Assembly (NCBI GenBank): GCA_913057895.1
Contig: CAJXOH010000001.1
Coordinates: 110,584-174,583, forward strand
Length of the DNA stretch: 64,000 nt
Reading direction: 5' to 3'
DNA from: an uncultured Bacteroidota bacterium
Lineage (GTDB): Bacteria > Bacteroidota > Rhodothermia > Balneolales > Balneolaceae
Shown here: positions 36,990-44,687 of the stretch, one piece after another
Layout: the number at the start of each line of letters is the position of its first letter
Position numbering within the stretch: position 1 is the stretch's first letter
The notes under the pieces: model-generated
What the model was told of the DNA's origin: nothing
What the model saw: only the letters and a program-made list of their open reading frames with translations
The model's database searches: none
Program-made: the position numbers and the translations under genes

Positions 36990-38066
36990 GTGAACCATAA
37001 AATTGCTATGAATACGTCTAGAAAATCTTTTATCAAAACACTTGGGACATTTGGATTACTACCCTGGGCTATAACTCAAAGTGCTGCTGCTCAGCAACTC
37101 ACCACTCCTTCACGATTAAACGGCTCGAATCCTAAGACATTAGCAGTGGGTTCACGAAATGCACTGCGAGGAGTCGAATTGGCGGTTTCTATGATGGCTG
37201 ATGGGCAAGATCCTCTTGATGCTGCTGTTGAAGGGGTAAAGATCCAAGAATTGGACCCAGATGACATGAGTGTAGGATATGGTGGGCTTCCAAATGAACA
37301 TGGAGTTGTTCAGCTTGATGCTTCATGTATGCACGGACCTACCAAAAGAGCGGGTGCTGTAGGGTGTCTGGAAGGAATTAAAACTCCATCTGAAGTCGCA
37401 AAGGCGGTTCTTGAGCTCACAGACCACATCATGCTCGTAGGTGATGATGCAAAGACATTTGCCCTACAATTAGGGTTCCAAGAAGAGAATCTACTTACCG
37501 AACGTGCAAGAGAGGCATGGCTCCGCTGGAAACGTAATCTAAACCCTTCTGATAATTGGTTGAATGAAGATGGATCTAATCCAACTTCAACAGGTACTGT
37601 CCATATATCAGCGTTGACACAACAAGGTGATGTTGGATCGATTACGACGACATCTGGTTTGTCTTATAAGATTCCAGGACGAGTGGGTGATTCGCCAATT
37701 ATAGGTGCGGGTCAATATTGTGATCAACGGGTTGGCTCTGCGGGATCAACTGGTCGCGGTGAAGCTAATATTATGGCTTGCGGTAGTTTCTATGTGGTCG
37801 AAAGAATGCGTTCTGGAGAAAGTCCCGAACAAGCGTGCTTGTCGGCGCTTCAGCGAGTCGTCGAAATGACAGAATCTCGACTTCTAGATGACGATGGAAG
37901 ACCTAGATTTAATCTCAACTATTATGCACTCAATGTTAACGGTGAATTTGGTGGCGCTACCATGCGTAAACCTTCTCAACGATCATTGGATAATGGAGGC
38001 GGTACGTTTGCCGTTGCTGAGCCTGGAAACGCACGATTAGAGCCAATGGCTTGGCTTTTTGATTAA
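36990..38066 (+). CDS. Ntn-hydrolase of the glycosylasparaginase / isoaspartyl peptidase (Asparaginase_2) family, with a Tat-like signal
   Basis: 358 aa. It has an N-terminal SRKSFIKTLGTFGLLPWA...AAAQ signal, a candidate autoprocessing nucleophile (TGTVHISAL), and GDSPIIGAGQYCD and STGRGE motifs. The start is GTG 36990 or ATG 37008. Confidence 0.8.
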   Translation: MNHKIAMNTSRKSFIKTLGTFGLLPWAITQSAAAQQLTTPSRLNGSNPKTLAVGSRNALRGVELAVSMMADGQDPLDAAVEGVKIQELDPDDMSVGYGGLPNEHGVVQLDASCMHGPTKRAGAVGCLEGIKTPSEVAKAVLELTDHIMLVGDDAKTFALQLGFQEENLLTERAREAWLRWKRNLNPSDNWLNEDGSNPTSTGTVHISALTQQGDVGSITTTSGLSYKIPGRVGDSPIIGAGQYCDQRVGSAGSTGRGEANIMACGSFYVVERMRSGESPEQACLSALQRVVEMTESRLLDDDGRPRFNLNYYALNVNGEFGGATMRKPSQRSLDNGGGTFAVAEPGNARLEPMAWLFD

Positions 38067-39682
38067 CGTTGATTGCGCTTGATCTGTACTCTAAATAGGC
38101 CCTGGTTTACAGGTTGATCCACACGGAATACAACACTTAATACCATCTTCGTAGAACCTTCACTGGGAAGTTCTACGACAAGCCCTGTAGCACCCATCCA
38201 TGGTTGGATAGGTTTAGGGATTTGTGTGTCACGAACATGAGAGGTTGGAATAAACGCAATATCTATAAGTGCCCCAATCACAAGATTTGACTCAATGGGA
38301 ATTCTGCCGTCAATGGATAACGAATGTGCAGATTTTACCTCGATTTGATGAGACTCTAATCCACGGAACATTCCCTCACCACCCCAGGATAACCACCCCT
38401 GTATATCATCGTCATCCATATTCCAACCATACGAATGATTGGATTGTACCCAACCATAGTACATCTCTCTATGGATGCCCCAAATCGTACGTAGCGTCGC
38501 TCTAGAACCTCGTTGAACAGTCTGTCCAATCGGTGTAATAGTATCAAGTGACCATGACCATCCACTTGGAACCGTACGATCAGGTGATTGTTGAAATGTC
38601 CATGGACCATATGTGGCTCGTACGCCCAATGTTACCTGCCAACGTTTCGTTAAAGAAGCTATTTGACGTTGCGTGTATTCACTTTTTGCGATCCCTATGT
38701 GTGATCCAAGCCGAATCATTCGGTCTGCTAACCACAAGGATTCTAATTGAAAAGAGGCCGTTTGAGAGAGTGTGTCACGAGTTTCTAAATCAACCTCAAA
38801 TGCATGCTGCTGAATCCATGGTTGAAATAATAACTGAGTATAGATAAGTGAGGTGCGGGTCACTCCTGATGGAGTTGATTCATATCGTCCTGAAAACGAG
38901 CGTTGATGACTACCTAAATAAGGCGCATCTATCTCCATAGACCCATAAAATGACACTCTTTTGGGCTCTTGTTGTAAAGCCAGGACTCCTTGGATGGTTG
39001 GCTTTCTGTATTCATTGACAATCAGGTTCGGTAATATGTACTGCTGATTGGATGTCTCGAGTGATGTAAGCCAGTTCTCTATCGAGATTGACTGTATACT
39101 CGGTTGTCTTTGCAAAACATCCAAAAAAGGCTCTTTAGAGTAACTCTGTTGAATGGATCTACAAGCGCTATCAGGAGAATCATTCAGTAGACATGGATGA
39201 TAAAGTGGGAGCGCTCCTGCTTGAAATGAAAGAAGGTTATCTGAGAACTCCAGGATTCCTTCTGGAAATCCCTCCTGCTCTAGCCTCCCCAATAATGACC
39301 GTAATGAGGTTGTAGAAAATTGGTGAAGATCTTGGCGAGCTATATAGGTTGTGAGAAAAGACTCCGCGATCGCTCTTCGTCTTTCTTCCGCTTTAATTGA
39401 GCTTGAGACTGGTGAAGAGTAGGTAAACGTAGGACGATGGTGTCCATCACCATTTTGAGCGTAACTAGAAGTAAGACATACTCCTAGAAAAACCAAAGTC
39501 AGAACTGCTTTGTTAATATTAGCTTCAAAGATGAATCTGCCGATAATAGATTCAATGATGAATCTATGTAAATAGCCTTGATACAAAGGGTGGTAAAGCT
39601 GTTGCTGCCCTAAACCCTTCTGCAGAGAAATAGCTAATCTCTGGATGCATTTCACAAAATGCTTTCGCTGTATCAAATGCAT
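38063..39682 (-). CDS. outer-membrane protein, Omp85/Bac_surface_Ag-like (putative); start codon unresolved
   Basis: This is the maximal ORF. The first 40 codons or so overlap the speE 3' end by 119 nt. A signal peptide (NKAVLTLVFLGVCLTSSYAQ) begins only near 39515, so the real start is probably downstream of 39564, and no in-frame ATG is available there. The C-terminal half is beta-rich and contains GGEGMFRGL, which resembles the Omp85 loop-6 (V/I)RG(F/Y) motif. Confidence 0.4.
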   Translation of the reverse strand: MHLIQRKHFVKCIQRLAISLQKGLGQQQLYHPLYQGYLHRFIIESIIGRFIFEANINKAVLTLVFLGVCLTSSYAQNGDGHHRPTFTYSSPVSSSIKAEERRRAIAESFLTTYIARQDLHQFSTTSLRSLLGRLEQEGFPEGILEFSDNLLSFQAGALPLYHPCLLNDSPDSACRSIQQSYSKEPFLDVLQRQPSIQSISIENWLTSLETSNQQYILPNLIVNEYRKPTIQGVLALQQEPKRVSFYGSMEIDAPYLGSHQRSFSGRYESTPSGVTRTSLIYTQLLFQPWIQQHAFEVDLETRDTLSQTASFQLESLWLADRMIRLGSHIGIAKSEYTQRQIASLTKRWQVTLGVRATYGPWTFQQSPDRTVPSGWSWSLDTITPIGQTVQRGSRATLRTIWGIHREMYYGWVQSNHSYGWNMDDDDIQGWLSWGGEGMFRGLESHQIEVKSAHSLSIDGRIPIESNLVIGALIDIAFIPTSHVRDTQIPKPIQPWMGATGLVVELPSEGSTKMVLSVVFRVDQPVNQGLFRVQIKRNQR

Positions 39683-40469
39683 GGGATGATTTTGGATCTA
39701 CCGTTTTGGATGCCATCATCATAGACCAGGTTCCTGTCGGGTAAAGTGGGATGGAACAAAGATATGGCGTGACACCTCCAATATGGCTTGATAACGCATT
39801 ATAGAGAGTTTTCATATTGGGATGAAACTTCTTTACCCAGGGTGATTCTGATTGAGAAACGACAATCCCTCCTGGTTGCAGAGCGTTAGCGCATGCTTGT
39901 ATGAAATGATCTTCAAACAATCCCTCTGCTGGACCAATTGGATCTGATCCATCAATTAAAATAATGTCATACCGAGCAGACTGGCGTGCAATGAAATCGA
40001 TTCCATCTTCGATATATAAGGTAGTTCGTGGATCATCAAATACGCCAAGACCTGGGAAATGTGATTTAGAGGCTTCAATCACAACTTCATCAATTTCAAC
40101 CCAGTCAATAGATTTCACAGCATCGTGCTTAACACACTCACGCAGCGTTCCACCGTCCCCTCCTCCAATAATACAAAGACGTTCTGGATTAGGATGAGCG
40201 CATAATGAAGGATGCGTTAACATCTCATGGTATACAAATTCATCGTATTCTGAGAGCATTACCAGACCGTCAAGCGTCAGAACCTTCCCCCAGCTATCTG
40301 TCTGAAGAATTTCAACACGTTGATAGTCAGACTGTTCAGAGAAGAGAACTTCTTGGACACCTAGGGTCAGACCCGTTTGACCCTCATACCATTCATCAAA
40401 TCGATTCAATTGCGCCTTGAAGAGGTTTATGATGGATAGATGAACCTTGAGGGACCTTGAATAGGCCAC
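39564..40469 (-). CDS. speE: spermidine synthase (polyamine aminopropyltransferase)
   Basis: 301 aa. Motifs: VLTLDGLVMLSEYDEFVYHEML, IIGGGDGGTLRE, DIILIDGSDPIGPA. The GTG start at 40469 overlaps speH by 74 nt. The alternative TTG at 40409 would cut the overlap to 14 nt. Confidence 0.9.
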   Translation of the reverse strand: MAYSRSLKVHLSIINLFKAQLNRFDEWYEGQTGLTLGVQEVLFSEQSDYQRVEILQTDSWGKVLTLDGLVMLSEYDEFVYHEMLTHPSLCAHPNPERLCIIGGGDGGTLRECVKHDAVKSIDWVEIDEVVIEASKSHFPGLGVFDDPRTTLYIEDGIDFIARQSARYDIILIDGSDPIGPAEGLFEDHFIQACANALQPGGIVVSQSESPWVKKFHPNMKTLYNALSSHIGGVTPYLCSIPLYPTGTWSMMMASKTVDPKSSHAFDTAKAFCEMHPEISYFSAEGFRAATALPPFVSRLFT

Positions 40470-40803
40470 GCTTCATTTCCATCGTAGAGGTTGATTCAGA
40501 GCCTAAATCGGCAGCAATTTTATCTTGGATAATCCAAGGGTCAATCGTTTCACCACATGTGAAAATATCAACAGCAGCATACCCATATTCAGGCCATGTG
40601 TGTATTGTAACATGGGATTCAGCAATGATGATCACACCACTAACTCCGTATGGGTTAAATGCGTGAAAATCATGGGAAATAATCGTCGCTCCAGATGCTT
40701 TCGTAGCTTCGACTAAGATGGACTCAATACGTGATGGGTCATTGAGTGATTCGATATTGCATTGATACAATTCGAGTAAAATATGGCGACCAAGAGCCTG
40801 CAT
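40396..40803 (-). CDS. speH: S-adenosylmethionine decarboxylase proenzyme (SpeH/class 1)
   Basis: 135 aa. It has the self-processing and pyruvoyl region IIIAESHVTIHTWPEYGYAAVDIFTCG. Confidence 0.9.
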   Translation of the reverse strand: MQALGRHILLELYQCNIESLNDPSRIESILVEATKASGATIISHDFHAFNPYGVSGVIIIAESHVTIHTWPEYGYAAVDIFTCGETIDPWIIQDKIAADLGSESTSTMEMKRGLFKVPQGSSIHHKPLQGAIESI

Positions 40804-40887
40804 AAGGCGTTTCCAAAAAGGGTGTGAATAAACTCAGCAAATTTACGTCTTTTTTACGGATACGCAGTATGTCTTTAAAAAAAGATT

Positions 40888-41940
40888 TTATTGGATTGGA
40901 TGAATCCGCTTGACTACATCTTGCAATACATCATGTGGTCTACCTGCATCAAATCCTTTTAATGCTCGATCAGCATCTAATAACGCTTCCATGATTGCAG
41001 GAATTTCACCCAAATGATAGGCATTTACCTGGCGATCCAAGACTTTATAGTAATATGGATTCACATTACACTGGGACTGGATTTCGTTACTTTGTAAGCC
41101 TTTCTGTCTCCCTCTAAGGATGATCCAAAATAGCATGAATGTATTGGACAACATCCCAATCATACGTAGAGATTCGCCAATTAGGGTTTCGTCCGTTTGC
41201 TTCATTCGATGAATGAGTTCAAATGACGTAGATACATTTCTAGCGATGATAGCGTCCTTGAGTTCAAATGAGGTTAATTCTCGGGTTTTGCTTAATAATG
41301 TTCGTAGAACATCACGATCTATGGTTTGACCTTCGTTAGCATGAGTTGCAATTTTTTGGAGCTCAGATTCAAGCAAAGAGCAATTGGTCCCTACCCAATC
41401 AATAAATTCATGTGTTGCAGCTGAATCGATGGATACGTTGAATTCATGCTTTGCTAGATTTTGTAGCCAAGATCCAGCTTGTGGGGGTGTTAGTGCCTCA
41501 AATGTATAAAATTGAGCATTGGGTGATTTTGCGCATTCTTTTGCTAATTGAGTTCGCTTATCTACCCCCTTCTGATCGATAAAAAGGAGAATGGTGCTCG
41601 CTAATGGTTCTTTAGCATAGGCAATTAATGAGGATTGACCATCAGAGCTTGTTATTCCTTTGACGCTCATTGCTTCCCTCACCAGAACCACACGCTTTTC
41701 AGACATCATGGGGAATTGTTTAGCAAGCCCCAAGATTTGATCTATGGTGACATCAGATCCGTATAGTTTATCCACGTTAAAATCCCTGGCAGCTTCATCG
41801 ACAGCAGACAAAGCCAAAGCTTCCACTTTCTTCATGAAATAAGACTCGACACCCGAACAAAACGTTACACCGTGAAGAGCCTGAAGGCCTTTTTGTTCTA
41901 TTTGGGACCAAACATCAAATGCACTCTGTTTTGCAGCCAT
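40888..41940 (-). CDS. holA: DNA polymerase III subunit delta
   Basis: 350 aa of HolA size. Pattern: KLYGSDVTIDQILGLAKQFPMMSEKRVVLVREA, with a helical C-terminal domain. Confidence 0.75.
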   Translation of the reverse strand: MAAKQSAFDVWSQIEQKGLQALHGVTFCSGVESYFMKKVEALALSAVDEAARDFNVDKLYGSDVTIDQILGLAKQFPMMSEKRVVLVREAMSVKGITSSDGQSSLIAYAKEPLASTILLFIDQKGVDKRTQLAKECAKSPNAQFYTFEALTPPQAGSWLQNLAKHEFNVSIDSAATHEFIDWVGTNCSLLESELQKIATHANEGQTIDRDVLRTLLSKTRELTSFELKDAIIARNVSTSFELIHRMKQTDETLIGESLRMIGMLSNTFMLFWIILRGRQKGLQSNEIQSQCNVNPYYYKVLDRQVNAYHLGEIPAIMEALLDADRALKGFDAGRPHDVLQDVVKRIHPIQ

Positions 41941-41952
41941 AACAACCGTGGG

Positions 41953-43449
41953 TTATGGTGTCAGCCTTCCCATGAGTCGAGGAAAAGGAATCGCCTCTCG
42001 CAAATGTGATAGTCCACAAATCCAGGATACAGTACGCTCAAGTCCAAGGCCAAAACCTGAATGTGGTACACTTCCAAACCGTCGCAGATCTAGATACCAT
42101 TGAAACGATTTTTCATCCAAATCATGAGAATGTATACGCTCAATGAGTACATCATATGATTCTTCACGTTGGCTGCCACCTACGATCTCTCCATAGCCTT
42201 CTGGTGCGAGTACGTCTAAAGCCAATGCAAGGGTATCATCTTGAGGATCACGTTTCATATAAAACGCTTTCACGGCAGCAGGATATCGGTGTACAATCGT
42301 TGGACGATCTTGATTCATCGTCAATAGCGTTTCATCACTACCGCCAAAATCATTTCCCCATTGAAAGTTTGCTGCAGAGTCTTTCCATACAGGTATGTTG
42401 CGAATATCTTCATCTACCTGAGCCAATCGCTCTAAGATTTCCTTTCTTCGCTGTTCTATCTGCACTTTTCTCCACTTTTTGGCTGAACCAACTTCCTGTT
42501 TTAATTGATCATCCTCTGATCGAAGCTGTGCTTTTTCATCGTGTCGCGCGTCCATCATCGAATCGAGTTGCTCAGACATGGCGGAACTCTTCAATGAGTC
42601 TACCGCCTCAGAATAAGACATTCGATGAAAAGGCTGTGTTGCGGTAGCTTGTAATGTGTCTAATGACCGTCCTAAAATCGAAAGCTCTTCCTTACGGGTC
42701 TCCAATACGTCTGATATAACTGACTGTATCAATCCCTCAGCCAACGACATCGTCAACTCAAGATCATAAAAAGCCATTTCTGGCTCAATCATCCAAAACT
42801 CTGTTAAATGTCGTCTTGTTTTACTCTTTTCTGCTCTAAATGTGGGACCAAACGTGTAAATCTTCCCATGGGCCATAGCCATAGCCTCTCCATAAAGCTG
42901 TCCACTTTGGGTTAAATACGCCTTCTCATCAAAGTACTCAGTCTCAAATAAGGTCGTTGTCCCTTCGGCTGGATTTCCTGTAAATATGGGTGCATCCATG
43001 TGTATAAATCCTTCCTTATGGAAGTAACTATGGATGGCATATATAATCGAATGACGAATCCTCATGATCGCCCATTGACGTTTTGAACGCAACCATAAAT
43101 GCCTATGATCCATTAAAAACTCAGTTCCGTGCTCCTTAGGGGTAATTGGGTACCCTTCCGCAACCTGGAGTACGTTTACTTCTTTCACTTGGAGTTCTAC
43201 GCCACCTTCACTTCGTTCATCCGCGACGCAGAGTCCAGTTAATTCTACAGACGATTCTTGTTTTAGGGATTGAGCCTCAGACCAATCTTGTGTTGAAACA
43301 TCAGATTCAGCAATCACAGATTGGCATATTCCACTGCCATCACGCAACTCAATAAATACAAGACCTTTGCTTTGACGTAAGCGATACACCCAACCTTTGA
43401 GAGTCACCGTTTGGTTGATACATGAGGACAGTTGGTCGATCGAGGTCAT
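41953..43449 (-). CDS. asnS: asparagine--tRNA ligase
   Basis: 498 aa. It has an OB-fold N-terminus (VTLKGWVYRLRQSKGLVFIELRDGSG) and class-II motifs (FRAEKSKTRRHLTEFWMIEPEMAF, GFGLGLERTV). A charged insertion lies around residues 286-352. Confidence 0.92.
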   Translation of the reverse strand: MTSIDQLSSCINQTVTLKGWVYRLRQSKGLVFIELRDGSGICQSVIAESDVSTQDWSEAQSLKQESSVELTGLCVADERSEGGVELQVKEVNVLQVAEGYPITPKEHGTEFLMDHRHLWLRSKRQWAIMRIRHSIIYAIHSYFHKEGFIHMDAPIFTGNPAEGTTTLFETEYFDEKAYLTQSGQLYGEAMAMAHGKIYTFGPTFRAEKSKTRRHLTEFWMIEPEMAFYDLELTMSLAEGLIQSVISDVLETRKEELSILGRSLDTLQATATQPFHRMSYSEAVDSLKSSAMSEQLDSMMDARHDEKAQLRSEDDQLKQEVGSAKKWRKVQIEQRRKEILERLAQVDEDIRNIPVWKDSAANFQWGNDFGGSDETLLTMNQDRPTIVHRYPAAVKAFYMKRDPQDDTLALALDVLAPEGYGEIVGGSQREESYDVLIERIHSHDLDEKSFQWYLDLRRFGSVPHSGFGLGLERTVSWICGLSHLREAIPFPRLMGRLTP

Positions 43450-43460
43450 ATGACAATTAA

Positions 43461-44684
43461 TCAGGATTCAGGCAATAGTAGACACTCTGAAAATACATCC
43501 TTTTCGAAAAATCGTTGGGAGAAATCTAGTACATCGTCTGGTGTGACTGCATCAATTTCATCGACCAATTCATCAAGTGTAATGAAACGATCATGATATA
43601 GATAGCTCTTTGCTAATCGCATCATGCGGTTACTCATACTCTCCTGTGCAAGGAGCATCTTCCCCTTTAAATTGGTTTTACTCTCTTGTAATTCAGCTTC
43701 CGAGACACGTTCTTGTTTTAACTGTTCAAACTCTTGGTGAATTAGATCTCTAACATGATCTACATAGCTTGCATCTGTCCCTATGTATACGCCAAATACC
43801 CCTGAATCAATGTAGGACTGGGCAAATGCGCTAATTGAGTAGCAATAACCGTGTTTTTCCCGAATATTTTGATGCAATCTGGCACTCATACCACCACTCA
43901 AGATGGTATTTACCATCAGAAGTTTAATGCGATCATCATGATTGAATGCAAGCCCCCTTCTACCGAGAATCATGTGGGTTTGCTCGATTACCTTGGTTAA
44001 TGATTTCTCACGGATTGGGTCTAATGTAGGTGGTTCTAGATCCCTAGTGGCAGTTGAATGGCTTTGTGCACTTGAAAAATAGTGCTCAATCAAACCTGCT
44101 GCATGCTCATGGTCAACATTCCCAGCTATTGAGACAAGGAGGTTATGAGGTTGATACTTTTCAGATGTATAGGTTTGTAAATCCTTCTTTGTGAAAGACG
44201 ACACTGTCGGTTCAAACCCAATGATGGGTCGACCCAGAGAGTGTTCAGGAAACATCATTGAAGAAAACTCCTCAAAAATCACATCATCAGGTGAATCTTT
44301 GTACATCTTCATTTCCTCTAAAACCACTTTTTTCTCCTTTTCTAACTCTTCCTCAGGAAACGTAGAATGGAGAATCATGTCTGAGAGTACATCTAACGAT
44401 GATTCTAATTCACTATCCACACAGCGAACAACGTAACAGGTGTATTCTGAGGAGGTAAAGGCGTTTAAATACCCCCCTTTTGACTCCACATGTTGGGCAA
44501 TTTCTTTAGCAGATCGAGTATCTGTTCCCTTGAACAACATGTGCTCCAGAAAATGTGTGATGCCTGCTTGTGCGTCGGATTCATCACGACTTCCGGTCTT
44601 TACCCACACACCGATTGCCACACTTTTCATGTGATCAATCGATTCAGTAGCAAGTGCTAGGTTATTCTCAAGCTTCGTATACAA
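43461..44684 (-). CDS. M16 family (pitrilysin/insulinase-like) zinc peptidase
   Basis: 407 aa. It has the inverted zinc motif HFLEHMLFKGT. Confidence 0.88.
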   Translation of the reverse strand: MYTKLENNLALATESIDHMKSVAIGVWVKTGSRDESDAQAGITHFLEHMLFKGTDTRSAKEIAQHVESKGGYLNAFTSSEYTCYVVRCVDSELESSLDVLSDMILHSTFPEEELEKEKKVVLEEMKMYKDSPDDVIFEEFSSMMFPEHSLGRPIIGFEPTVSSFTKKDLQTYTSEKYQPHNLLVSIAGNVDHEHAAGLIEHYFSSAQSHSTATRDLEPPTLDPIREKSLTKVIEQTHMILGRRGLAFNHDDRIKLLMVNTILSGGMSARLHQNIREKHGYCYSISAFAQSYIDSGVFGVYIGTDASYVDHVRDLIHQEFEQLKQERVSEAELQESKTNLKGKMLLAQESMSNRMMRLAKSYLYHDRFITLDELVDEIDAVTPDDVLDFSQRFFEKDVFSECLLLPES

Positions 44685-44687
44685 GGC

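Noticed and set aside
42156-42647. A 163-aa + strand ORF antisense to asnS. Similar long antisense ORFs occur in infB (50328-50744, 51213-51515), nusA (52095-52484), prfB (55731-56045) and guaA/gcvH (402-722).
   Set aside because: All lie entirely inside strongly supported genes on the opposite strand. They have Ser/Leu/Arg-rich low-complexity translations with no recognisable motifs. They coincide with charged or repetitive regions whose complement is naturally poor in stop codons. They are shadow ORFs.
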